From Actinomycetes bacterium (GTDB taxonomy: Bacteria > Actinomycetota > Acidimicrobiia > Spongiisociales > JAHEDJ01): a stretch of DNA of 64,000 bases. This document shows positions 43,882-52,939 of this stretch, piece after piece. Where the stretch lies: assembly GCA_024641245.1 (NCBI GenBank), contig JAHEDK010000002.1, positions 167,136 to 231,135 on the forward strand, written 5' to 3'. Numbering within the stretch: position 1 is the stretch's first letter; each line of letters begins with the position of its first letter. The translations under genes were made by a program, and so were the position numbers. Below the pieces are notes generated by a model. That model had not been told where the DNA came from. It saw only the letters and a list, made by a program, of their open reading frames with translations, and did not search any database.

Positions 43882-44534
43882 GATGAGCTCCCCGCGATCA
43901 CGATCCCACCCGTCAGCTCATAGGTCGATTGCACCAGCGGCAGCATGCGATCGAGTTCGTGGGACACGAAGACGGCGGCGCCACCACGGGAACGGACGTT
44001 CTCGACAACTGCGTCGACGAGTTGTCCGGCCTCTCGATCTAGTCCGGCGTGGGCCTCATCGAGCAGCAGTAGGTCGGGCCTGGTGAGAATCACCCTGGCG
44101 AACTCAACTCGCCGCTGCATACCATGCGACGACTGCTCCGCCCGCCGGTGCTTCGCCCCACCCAGCCCGACCACGTCGAGCATCTCATCTACCCGCTCGT
44201 CAGTGTGGCCCGACAACCGGGCGACGAAGGCGAGATTCTCACGCAGCGTCAACTGCGGGTAGAGCGCCGGTTGATGGCCGATCAGCGCGATCCGGCGCCG
44301 GATCGCAAACGCCGTCGCTTCGCCCATCTCGGTGCCGAACACCGCCACCGAGCCCTCCGTCGGTCGCAGCAACGTGGCCAGCACCCGGAGCAGCGTCGAC
44401 TTTCCCGAACCATTCGGCCCAACGATCCCGGCTGCCTCCCCGGACGGTACCGCCAGCTCCACGCCCTTCAATACCGGCACCCGGCCGTATCGAACGGCGA
44501 CGCCGTGCAGCTGCACTGTGGGAGGTGTGGACAT
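43878..44534 (-). CDS. ccmA: Heme exporter ATP-binding protein CcmA
   Basis: Walker A (GPNGSGKST), ABC signature (SHGMQRR), Walker B (LLLLDEA). Start at MSTPPTVQL. Confidence 0.8.
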   Translation of the reverse strand: MSTPPTVQLHGVAVRYGRVPVLKGVELAVPSGEAAGIVGPNGSGKSTLLRVLATLLRPTEGSVAVFGTEMGEATAFAIRRRIALIGHQPALYPQLTLRENLAFVARLSGHTDERVDEMLDVVGLGGAKHRRAEQSSHGMQRRVEFARVILTRPDLLLLDEAHAGLDREAGQLVDAVVENVRSRGGAAVFVSHELDRMLPLVQSTYELTGGIVIAGSSS

Positions 44535-44804
44535 GACAGACGAGTGTACGCACGCAGCTTCGGGCGCCGAAACGCGACCCCGGATAAACACCACCCGTTC
44601 TCTCCCTTTCGCCACCTTTTCAGGGTTTTATGGCGGGTTTCAACCCAGGCAGGGCCCAAGTGCCCCAGGGCGCGAGGACTTTGCGCTGTTGGTGTGTTTC
44701 CGATATACCCGTATCCTCTGCAATGAGAAACGGGGGACCGACCCTGAATCGCCGCCGGAACGGCTCATTCACACGGTGATCCCCATGGAGGAAGGCACAG
44801 CAAA

Positions 44805-46844
44805 ATGAACGCGACCCTCGGGTATCTCTCGATCCTGGCCGCAGTGGTGGGAGCGCTCGGTATCACCGTGCGGGGTTTCATCGCGATGCGTGATCCGGAG
44901 CGGGCGAACAAAGGGTATCTGGGGTTGCCCGTCATACTGTTCGTGTCCGGAGCCGTCGGCGCAATGTTCTTCCTGGAACTCGGGCTTCTCACCGACGACT
45001 TCTCGATCAAGTACATCGCCAACAACTCCTCGACCACCACCCCGTTTCTCTTCAAGGTCGCCTCTGGATGGGCATCGCTGGAGGGATCGATCGTTTTGTG
45101 GGGTCTGGTCCTGGCCGGCTTCACATTCGCCGTATACGCACGGTTCTTCAGAAGCGAAAGCGGCGACCGGCTCGCAGCAGGGGCTCTGGCGATCATGGGG
45201 CTCATCTCTCTTTACTTCTTCGGGCTAATGGCCACAATCTCCGACCCATTCGCTCGCTGCGTGCAAACGTTCAGCGACGGTGTCGGTTGTGTGACCGGCG
45301 AGAACGCGATCCTCGCCAACGTGATCTCCTCCCCGATCGAAGGGCGCGGCGCCAACGCACTGCTCCAGAACCATTGGCTCATGGCCCTGCATCCACCAAC
45401 GCTCTACGTCGGCTATGTCGGGCTCAGCGTCCCCTTTGCGTTTGCCATCTCGGCGCTCCTCCTCAAAACCACCGGGGCGGCCTGGCTGACCCGGACCCGC
45501 AACTGGACGGTGTTCGCCTGGATGTTCCTCACTGCCGGCATTGTTCTCGGTGGGCTCTGGTCGTATGAGGTGCTCGGCTGGGGCGGCTACTGGGCATGGG
45601 ACCCGGTTGAGAACGCCTCCTTCATGCCGTGGCTGGTCGCGACTGCCTTCTTGCACTCGTCTGTCGTGCAGGCGAGGCGCGGGATGCTGCAGTCGTGGAA
45701 CTTCGTCCTCGTCATCACGACCTTCGCGCTCACGATTCTCGGCACCTTCTTGACCCGCTCCGGCGTAATCGTTTCGGTTCACAGCTTCTCGCAGTCCGCC
45801 ATCGGGCCTGCCCTGTTGATCTTCCTGGTGGTCGTGCTGCTGGGATCGCTCGGGCTCTTCGCGTCAAGGGCTCACACCATCGCCTCTTCTCCCCGGCTCG
45901 ATTCACTCAGCAGCCGGGAAGGGGTGTTCTTGTTCAACAACCTTCTGCTCACCGTGTTCGCGTTCATGGTGCTGACAGGGACGCTCTACCCGCTCTTCGT
46001 TGAGGCGTTCTCCGACTCGACGGTGGGCGTCGGTCGTCCGTTCTTCGATCGCATGGCGATCCCGTTGTCCTTCCTGTTGCTGCTGGCGATGGGCATCGGA
46101 CCGGTCTCGCCCTACCGGGCGGCGAGCGCCCGCGTCGTGTGGGAGCGGATTCGCTGGCCCGTCCGGGTTGCCCTCGGCGCCGCCGCGCTGGCCGTCGTGT
46201 TCGGCTATCGGAACTCGTTCCTGCTGCTCGGTGTTCTGGCCGCCGTGTTCGTCATGGGCGTGATCATCCGCAACCTCTACGACGCCGCCCGGACCAGGGC
46301 AGACAAACTCGGTATCGGACGGAGACAGGCCGCCGCCCGGATCATGCGCGGCGACCCGCACTATTGGGGTGGCCAGATCTCCCACCTGGGCGTTGCGATA
46401 CTGGCACTGGGCATCGCCTTCTCAGCCAACCTGTCGGAGACCGCCACGGTGACCATCGACGCCGGAGATACGGTCAACTTCGCCGGCTTCGAGGTGACCT
46501 ACGAACAGGAGTTCAGCCGCCAGGAACCGGGCCGGTTCGTCACCGGAGCAGACATCACGGTGACCCGGGACGGGTCGGTCGTCGGTACGTACCAGCCACG
46601 GCTGAATCAGTACGGCAACACGCGGGAATCGATCGCCACCCCAGAGGTCGACACCATGTTCTCAGGCGACCTGTACCTCTCGCTCCGCAGCATCGATCCT
46701 TCATCCGTGACCCTCGAGGTCTATTGGTTCCCGTTCATCTGGCTCATCTGGGTTGGAGGCTTCCTGGCGGCCGCCGCCGGGGTCTGGGGATTCGCGGTCA
46801 AGAAGCCCGAACGTTCGGTTGCACGGGACGACACGCGTGTCTGA
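44805..46844 (+). CDS. ccmF: Cytochrome c-type biogenesis heme lyase CcmF
   Basis: About 15 TM helices, WWD domain (WGGYWAWDPVEN), conserved periplasmic His. Confidence 0.9.
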   Translation: MNATLGYLSILAAVVGALGITVRGFIAMRDPERANKGYLGLPVILFVSGAVGAMFFLELGLLTDDFSIKYIANNSSTTTPFLFKVASGWASLEGSIVLWGLVLAGFTFAVYARFFRSESGDRLAAGALAIMGLISLYFFGLMATISDPFARCVQTFSDGVGCVTGENAILANVISSPIEGRGANALLQNHWLMALHPPTLYVGYVGLSVPFAFAISALLLKTTGAAWLTRTRNWTVFAWMFLTAGIVLGGLWSYEVLGWGGYWAWDPVENASFMPWLVATAFLHSSVVQARRGMLQSWNFVLVITTFALTILGTFLTRSGVIVSVHSFSQSAIGPALLIFLVVVLLGSLGLFASRAHTIASSPRLDSLSSREGVFLFNNLLLTVFAFMVLTGTLYPLFVEAFSDSTVGVGRPFFDRMAIPLSFLLLLAMGIGPVSPYRAASARVVWERIRWPVRVALGAAALAVVFGYRNSFLLLGVLAAVFVMGVIIRNLYDAARTRADKLGIGRRQAAARIMRGDPHYWGGQISHLGVAILALGIAFSANLSETATVTIDAGDTVNFAGFEVTYEQEFSRQEPGRFVTGADITVTRDGSVVGTYQPRLNQYGNTRESIATPEVDTMFSGDLYLSLRSIDPSSVTLEVYWFPFIWLIWVGGFLAAAAGVWGFAVKKPERSVARDDTRV

Positions 46845-47250
46845 TTCGATTCGCAAGATCGCGGCGGCGGTGGTGACTATCGGCCTGGCGGTTGTCGTCG
46901 TAATCGGCCTCATCCAGGGCGACCGAACCGATGAAGATCGCGCCCGGTCCATCGGCTCCAGAGTGAAGTGTCCCGTTTGCCAGGGCGTAGCCATTGCCGA
47001 TTCTCCTTCGGAAACTGCCAGAGCGATGATGGACGTCGTCGAAGAGCGAATCGCAGACGGGTGGTCGGACAGACAGATCATCGACTACTTCGCGGAGCGC
47101 TACACCGACAGCATCGTCATCGACCCGCCCTTCAGCGGGAATACGCTGCTCGTCTGGCTGCTGCCGATCCTGGCAGTAGTCGCAGGCTTCTTCATGATCT
47201 TCTCCCGGCGCAAGACGCCGGTGCCAAAACCCGATGAGGTGAAACAGTGA
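46837..47250 (+). CDS. ccmH: Cytochrome c-type biogenesis protein CcmH
   Basis: GTG overlaps the ccmF stop (GTGTCTGA). CPVCQG motif, then a TM anchor. Confidence 0.75.
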   Translation: MSDSIRKIAAAVVTIGLAVVVVIGLIQGDRTDEDRARSIGSRVKCPVCQGVAIADSPSETARAMMDVVEERIADGWSDRQIIDYFAERYTDSIVIDPPFSGNTLLVWLLPILAVVAGFFMIFSRRKTPVPKPDEVKQ

Positions 47251-48080
47251 GCAACTTCAACCAGGAGTCATACGATCGGGCGGTCGCCCGCAAGGAACTG
47301 GCCTTGACCGATCTCGAAGAGCTGGCCCAGCAGGTGGACGACGGTGAGATCGACGCGCCCACCGCGGCAGGACTCCGGAGCGGCTACGAGGCTGAACTCG
47401 GCGCGGCCGAAGCCGAACTGGCCAGACTCGGTCCACCGCCCACTCCCAAGAAGTCGCCCGGTCAAGCGTCGACCAAACGTGCGCCGAGCGAGAACGGACG
47501 GCCGGCCCGGAAGTCGAGCGACTTGAATACTCGTCTGCTGGTCGGCGCCGGCATTCTCATCGTCGCCCTCGTCGTGATTCTCATCTCGGTCCAGAATTCG
47601 GCGCAGCCGGATCCGGCCGCGATGGGCACCCAGGTGACGACGGCAAGCGGCGAGGACCCCTGCGCGGAGCTGGCCGACGCGTTGACCAGTCACTCCGACA
47701 ACGGCTTTCGTCTCGCACTGGCCGACTGCTACGCAGACGTCGGAAACGCCATGTCGGCGATCGAGCACTACCGGGCCGTCGCCGATGCCGAAGGTGCCGC
47801 CGACGGCGAGGTCGCACGGGCAAACGTGGGACTCGGCTTCCTCAACCTTCAAATCGGTGAGCTCGCCAAGGCCGCCGACTACATGCGCGTGGCGCTCGAG
47901 CGCGACGCCGCCAACGTCGAAGCTCAATACTTCCTGGGCATGATGCTCGTCTACGACCTCGGCGATCCGGCCGCAGGAGCCCCATATCTCGAGTCGGTAC
48001 TCGCAACTCCCGACCTGCCGGAGACGGTGATCCTCGAAATCCAGGCAGCGCTCGATGTCGCGGCGGGCGAGGGCTCATGA
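47247..48080 (+). CDS. CcmI/CycH-like TPR-containing cytochrome c biogenesis accessory protein
   Basis: ATGA-type overlap with ccmH. N-terminal coiled region, a TM helix, C-terminal TPR-like helices. Confidence 0.45.
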   Translation: MSNFNQESYDRAVARKELALTDLEELAQQVDDGEIDAPTAAGLRSGYEAELGAAEAELARLGPPPTPKKSPGQASTKRAPSENGRPARKSSDLNTRLLVGAGILIVALVVILISVQNSAQPDPAAMGTQVTTASGEDPCAELADALTSHSDNGFRLALADCYADVGNAMSAIEHYRAVADAEGAADGEVARANVGLGFLNLQIGELAKAADYMRVALERDAANVEAQYFLGMMLVYDLGDPAAGAPYLESVLATPDLPETVILEIQAALDVAAGEGS

Positions 48081-48685
48081 CCAACACGGACCTCGCCGTC
48101 GAGCCGACCCCGGAAGCACCGCAACGCAACCTCAAACTGTGGATAACGACCGGCCTGGCGGCGGTGGCCTTCATCGCGCTCGCCCTCGTGTTCAACAGCC
48201 GGTTTGGCGTTGACCCCCGGGTCGTCGAATCCCCGCTCATCGGGCAACCCGCCCCGAACCTCGAACTCGAGGTTCTCGAGCAGGACGCCATCTCTGGCCC
48301 CATGGCAATGTCGGAATTTCGCGGCAGCGTGGTCGTGGTCAACTTCTTCGCCTCTTGGTGCATCCCCTCCTGTCGCGATGAGCACCCCCATCTCACCGCG
48401 GCCGCCGCCGACTACGCCGACCGCGGCGTCCGGTTCGTTGGAATAGCCACCAGCGACACACCCGAAGACACACGCGGGTTCCTCGACGCGCTCGGGTGGG
48501 GAACCAACTACACCTACCTCAACGATCCCGATGCCAGGGCAGGAGTCGAGTTCGGCACATTCGGAGTTCCCGAAACGTTCGTGATCGACCGGGAGGGGCT
48601 CGTCACGCACAAGTTCACGGGGCCGGTCACATACGATGAACTGGTCGTCGAGTTGGAGAAGGCGTTGACCGAGACGGGTTCATGA
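48077..48685 (+). CDS. ccmG: Thiol:disulfide interchange protein CcmG/DsbE (TlpA-like thioredoxin), unusual CxxxC (WCIPSC) active site
   Basis: Membrane anchor plus thioredoxin fold. The active-site DNA reads TGG TGC ATC CCC TCC TGT. Confidence 0.75.
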   Translation: MTNTDLAVEPTPEAPQRNLKLWITTGLAAVAFIALALVFNSRFGVDPRVVESPLIGQPAPNLELEVLEQDAISGPMAMSEFRGSVVVVNFFASWCIPSCRDEHPHLTAAAADYADRGVRFVGIATSDTPEDTRGFLDALGWGTNYTYLNDPDARAGVEFGTFGVPETFVIDREGLVTHKFTGPVTYDELVVELEKALTETGS

Positions 48686-48794
48686 CGGCGTGCCCGGGAC
48701 AAATGGCCCCACCGTCGAGGCACTAGGCTCCTATGCGCCGCCGGAAGGTCGGGCGAACATTGGTCCGGCGTAGGATCCTGCAGGGGAGACAGGG

Positions 48795-49484
48795 ATGCAG
48801 AGAACAAACGAGCTGACACAAGGCGCGCGGCGGCTGGCCTGGTTGACACTTTTGACGCTCGCATGGTTGTTGTGGATGAGTCAGGCGGCCGCCCACGCCC
48901 AGGAACTCCCGGTACGGGATGATCCGTTCTGGAAGACGGACACCTGCCTCGGCTGCCATCAGCAGTCGGACCTGTCGGTGACGCTGCCATCCAACGAGAC
49001 GCTGCGCCTCGCCGTGTATAGAGGCGCGTACGAAGATTCGGTGCATGGTCGAACAGGAGTGGCCTGCCGCAATTGCCATCTCGACATCACGGGGTATCCG
49101 CACCCTGATCTCACCGCCGGAAGCCTGGCCGAGTTCTCAGAACAGCAGGCCAGTTCTTGCGAGATGTGTCACCGTGACCACTACGGCAAAGTGGCGGATG
49201 AGCTGCATGAGGAGTCCGGTGGGTTGCTGTGCTTCGAGTGTCATGATCCGCACACCACCGGCACCGGCTCCGTCTCGGCAGAAGTGCAAGCCTCCTGCAA
49301 CGCCTGCCACTCCGAGGGTATCGCCATTCCTGTCGAGGGGATTCATGCCGCGCCCGAGGTACCTGTCGCGGAGACCACAAGCGGCGTTACAATCCTGCTC
49401 ATCCTCGGCGGAATCTTCGTCGGTTTCGTCGTCCTCGTCTGGCTGGCGACGGTGGCTTGGCGTGTCGTGCGCGACCGAAGCTGA
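48795..49484 (+). CDS. Pentaheme c-type cytochrome with signal peptide and C-terminal TM anchor
   Basis: CLGCH, CRNCH, CEMCH, CFECH, CNACH. C-terminal hydrophobic helix (ILLILGGIFVGFVVLVWLATVAW). Confidence 0.8.
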   Translation: MQRTNELTQGARRLAWLTLLTLAWLLWMSQAAAHAQELPVRDDPFWKTDTCLGCHQQSDLSVTLPSNETLRLAVYRGAYEDSVHGRTGVACRNCHLDITGYPHPDLTAGSLAEFSEQQASSCEMCHRDHYGKVADELHEESGGLLCFECHDPHTTGTGSVSAEVQASCNACHSEGIAIPVEGIHAAPEVPVAETTSGVTILLILGGIFVGFVVLVWLATVAWRVVRDRS

Positions 49485-49625
49485 TCGGGCCCGTTTCCGC
49501 AGGTTAGCTTGTAGCAATTCCCAATCTTGTGCGCCCTTTCACATGGGTCGAATGACCCTACGCGATCTGCGCGCGGATCCGTCATCATGTCGGTACACGA
49601 GTCGAGTAGCTCCCGGGGAGGAAGC

Positions 49626-51698
49626 ATGAGTCGATTTCGACACACACGCTTGGTTGTGCTTGTCGCCCTGCTGATGGTCTTAGCGGCCTGCACGAGCAGC
49701 GCCGACGACACCACCACTACGGGAGCGGAAGGGTCAACGCCCACGACAGCTCCACCGGTCGTCGAGCCGGCGGAATCCGAGCTCGTGGTTCCGTTCCTAG
49801 CGGCCTGGGTCGGTTCTGGACACAACGACGCGACTGCTGAAGCCTTCGTGCACTGGAATGAGGACGACCCCCAGGTCATTCCGACCAGTTGCGCGAAGTG
49901 CCACAGCACCCCCGGTCACCTCGATTTCCTCGGAGCCGACGGCAGCCCGTTCGGCAGCGTTGAAGCCGACGCCCCCATCGGGACCACGATCCAATGCGAA
50001 GCGTGCCACAACGATGTCACGATCTCCCTGGACAGCGTCGTGATGCCATCGGGTCTCGAACTCACCGGCCTCGGCGACGAATCCCGTTGCATGAACTGCC
50101 ACCAGGGCAGGGAGTCCAAGATCAGCGTGGACGCATCGATTACCGAAGCGGGCGTCGAAGAGGACACCGTCTCCGAGGATCTGGGTTTCCGGAACATCCA
50201 CTACTTCGCGGCTGCCGCCACCAAATACGGTACCGAAGCCAAGGGTGGCTATGAGTACGAGGGCAAGACGTACGATGCGTTCTTCGTCCACGTCGAGGGA
50301 TACTCGACCTGTATTCAGTGCCATGATCCGCACACGCTGGAACTGAAGATCGCCGAATGCTCGACATGCCACACCGGTGTCGCCACGGTTGAGGATCTCC
50401 GAGATGTCCGTATGCCGGGATCACTCGTCGACTTCGACGGAGACGGGAATCTCGAAGAGGGCATCTACTACGAACTCGAGGGCGTGCGGGGACTCTTGCT
50501 CCAGGCCATTCAGGCGTATGCCTCCGAGGTGGCGGGAACCGGCATCACCTACGATGCCAACGCCTACCCGTACTTCTTCGATGAGGCCGGCAAGGGCTTT
50601 GGCGCGTGGACCCCGCGTCTGCTCAAAGCGGCGTACAACTATCAGGTGTCCCTCAAGGACCCGGGAGCATTCGCGCACGGTGGCAAGTACATCCTCGAGT
50701 TGATGTACGACTCGATCGAGAACCTCAACGAAGCCATCTCGTCGCCCATCGACATGACGGCGATGCACCGAATCGACCACGGGCACTTCGCCGGGTCCGA
50801 GGAAGCCTTCCGGCACTGGGACGAGGATGGCGCCGTGCCGGCTTCGTGCTCACGGTGCCACTCGGCTGGAGGCGTGCCGCTGTATCTGCAGGAAGGCGTG
50901 ACGATAACCCAGCCAACTTCCAACGGGTTCAACTGCTCGACGTGCCACAACAGCACGAGCGAGTGGACCCGGTATGAGGTCCTCGATGTGACCTTCCCGA
51001 GCGGTGCGACTATCGACAGCGGCGACCAGAACGCCAACCTTTGCATGACCTGTCACCAGGGCCGTGAATCCGGCGCAAGCGTCGACCGGCGGATCGGAGA
51101 CACCGGGGCGGATACCGTCAGCGACACACTTGGCTTCATCAACGTGCACTACCTGCCGGCGGGCGCCACGCTCTTCGGCAGCGAGGCAGCGGGTGGCTAC
51201 CAGTACGCCGGGCAGACCTATGCCGGAGCCAACGATCACCCCATCGCCACGTGCACGGGTTGCCACAGCGCCCACACACTACAGGTTGAGGTTGAGGCCT
51301 GCGGGGGTTGCCATCAGGGGACGAACTCTGAAGAAGACCTGCAGGACATCCGCATCACCGCCGGCGACTTCGATGGTGACGGCGACGAGGCCGAGGGCAT
51401 CGCCGGAGAGGTCGAGACCATGCGCGAAGCCCTGCTGGCGGCGATGCAGGCGTATGCGGACGCCACGGACGGCGTGAGCCCGATCGTGTACGACGCCCAC
51501 GCCTATCCGTACTTCTTCAACGACGCCGGTGAGAGCTATTCGACCTGGACGCCGCGTCTGCTGAGGGCCGCCTACAACTACCAGTACGCAACGAAGGACC
51601 CTGGTGCGTTCGCCCACAACCCGGCCTACGTGCTCGAGTTGTTGTATGACTCGCTGGCGGACATCGGCGCCGACGTGACGGGGCTGATCAGGCCGTAG
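49626..51698 (+). CDS. Decaheme c-type cytochrome lipoprotein with internal pentaheme duplication
   Basis: GGGAGGAAGC SD before the ATG. Lipobox LAAC. 10 CxxCH. Repeated blocks (NIHYFAAAATKYGTEAKGGYEYEGKTY / NVHYLPAGATLFGSEAAGGYQYAGQTY; AYPYFFDEAG...TPRLLKAAYNYQ occurs twice). Confidence 0.8.
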   Translation: MSRFRHTRLVVLVALLMVLAACTSSADDTTTTGAEGSTPTTAPPVVEPAESELVVPFLAAWVGSGHNDATAEAFVHWNEDDPQVIPTSCAKCHSTPGHLDFLGADGSPFGSVEADAPIGTTIQCEACHNDVTISLDSVVMPSGLELTGLGDESRCMNCHQGRESKISVDASITEAGVEEDTVSEDLGFRNIHYFAAAATKYGTEAKGGYEYEGKTYDAFFVHVEGYSTCIQCHDPHTLELKIAECSTCHTGVATVEDLRDVRMPGSLVDFDGDGNLEEGIYYELEGVRGLLLQAIQAYASEVAGTGITYDANAYPYFFDEAGKGFGAWTPRLLKAAYNYQVSLKDPGAFAHGGKYILELMYDSIENLNEAISSPIDMTAMHRIDHGHFAGSEEAFRHWDEDGAVPASCSRCHSAGGVPLYLQEGVTITQPTSNGFNCSTCHNSTSEWTRYEVLDVTFPSGATIDSGDQNANLCMTCHQGRESGASVDRRIGDTGADTVSDTLGFINVHYLPAGATLFGSEAAGGYQYAGQTYAGANDHPIATCTGCHSAHTLQVEVEACGGCHQGTNSEEDLQDIRITAGDFDGDGDEAEGIAGEVETMREALLAAMQAYADATDGVSPIVYDAHAYPYFFNDAGESYSTWTPRLLRAAYNYQYATKDPGAFAHNPAYVLELLYDSLADIGADVTGLIRP

Positions 51699-51707
51699 CG
51701 TGACAGA

Positions 51708-51733
51708 GGGGGCCGGGCACACACCCGGCCCCC
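51708..51733 (+). terminator. Hairpin GGGGGCCGGG-CACACA-CCCGGCCCCC 10 nt after the decaheme stop, followed by TCGTTGTT
   Basis: Perfect 10-bp GC stem, then a T-rich tract, between convergent genes. Confidence 0.45.
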
Positions 51734-51745
51734 TCGTTGTTCCCC

Positions 51746-51794
51746 CTTCTTGCGTCACTTTGGGGCTCGATGTGCCCGGAAGTGACGCAAGAAG
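51746..51794. repeat. REP-like palindromic element (CTTCTTGCGTCAC - 23 nt - GTGACGCAAGAAG)
   Basis: Same TTCTTGCGTCA core as 7471-7525. It abuts the DUF559 stop codon. Confidence 0.5.
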
Positions 51795-51796
51795 TC

Positions 51797-52720
51797 TCAA
51801 GCAGCCTGGTGGATCGCGGCCAGGACTTCCGCAACAACGGAATCCGGCCGGCCAATCAGGTCCCACCAGGTGTATCGAAGCGTTCTCCAGCCGAGTAGCT
51901 CTGTCTGGTTCTGGATCACGCGGTCTCTGCGAAACGTGGGGCGATCCATGTGAAACGCTTCGGAGTCGAGTTCGATCCGCAGGCGGTGCTCGATGAAGGC
52001 GAAGTCGGCCCGGCATACGAACGTCCCGTCAGGGTTTCTGATCTCCACCTGTGGCGTCGGTTGCGGCGTACGGAGCCCCCACGACCGGCGAAACAGATCT
52101 TCCAGTTCGCTCTCGGTGACGCCATCCCAGTGGAGCCGCTGCTCGACGAACGGCCGTATGACCCCGACTCCCCTGCGGCCGCGCCTGGCGACCCGGCCGA
52201 CCAGCGCGGCAACACCTTCGAGCGTAAAGCTCCGAGTTCTCAGACCTCTATCGAGAGCCGACTCGACCAGCCACGGCGCGCTGGCGCCCAGATCGACGAC
52301 CGTTCGGACCGGAGTGGTCACCGGGATACCCGAGACCTCCGCCGAGTCCTCGGGAGCGAGATCGGTCGACTCGTGAACGACGAACTCCTGATGCGCCCGA
52401 TTCCAGCGGGGCATCACTACCTCGATGCGCGGAGGCTTGCGATCAACCAGGCCGTGCAGGAATGCAGCGGTCTGGTGGGAGGCCAGCGCCAGATCGCCTG
52501 CGGTCGTGGTCGCGATGAGCACGGCCTGATGCCAGTCGCGCGGCACGGCGGGGAAAACGTACGTGCGGTAGGCCACCCGCTCGAGCACTCCGCGGGACGT
52601 CAAACCTTTCAACTGATCTGAGCTGAGCCCTGCCTCAATGACAGCAGCACGATCGACTACGCCGTGTCGCAAGGCGGCCCTCTGAGTGAGAATCTGCAAC
52701 GGTGTCATGCCCAACACCAT
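51797..52720 (-). CDS. DUF559 (Vsr-like endonuclease fold) protein with N-terminal AbiEi-like HTH region
   Basis: C-terminal DUF559 pattern (FVCRADFAFIEHRLRIELDSEAFH). The track ORF extends to 52912 through the REP elements. Start placed at MVLGMTPLQIL. Confidence 0.55.
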   Translation of the reverse strand: MVLGMTPLQILTQRAALRHGVVDRAAVIEAGLSSDQLKGLTSRGVLERVAYRTYVFPAVPRDWHQAVLIATTTAGDLALASHQTAAFLHGLVDRKPPRIEVVMPRWNRAHQEFVVHESTDLAPEDSAEVSGIPVTTPVRTVVDLGASAPWLVESALDRGLRTRSFTLEGVAALVGRVARRGRRGVGVIRPFVEQRLHWDGVTESELEDLFRRSWGLRTPQPTPQVEIRNPDGTFVCRADFAFIEHRLRIELDSEAFHMDRPTFRRDRVIQNQTELLGWRTLRYTWWDLIGRPDSVVAEVLAAIHQAA

Positions 52721-52753
52721 CAAGGTTGGGTGTGACAAATCCCGAACCCAGTG

Positions 52754-52872
52754 AACTTGCGTCAGAAACGGGCGCCGGCCGCCCCAAACTGACGCAAGAA
52801 AGGGATAGGGGCGCCACCTTCTCGTTCTTGCGTCAGTGTTCCGAGCAACGGGCCCAGAAGTGACGCAAGAAT
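52754..52872. repeat. Two tandem REP-like palindromic units (arms at 52754-65/52789-801 and 52823-36/52859-72)
   Basis: Four copies of the TTGCGTCAG/CTGACGCAA core in alternating orientation, upstream of the DUF559 gene. Confidence 0.5.
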
Positions 52873-52939
52873 GAGGAGAGACAGAGAAGTGGGGAGCCTT
52901 TCGGCTCCCCACTTCGGGTGTTCGTTAAGCGACTCTTGT

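Noticed and set aside
51797-52912. Full 371-aa DUF559 ORF as listed in the track
   Set aside because: The N-terminal ~64 codons read through the tandem REP elements and encode low-complexity junk; the start was moved to 52720.
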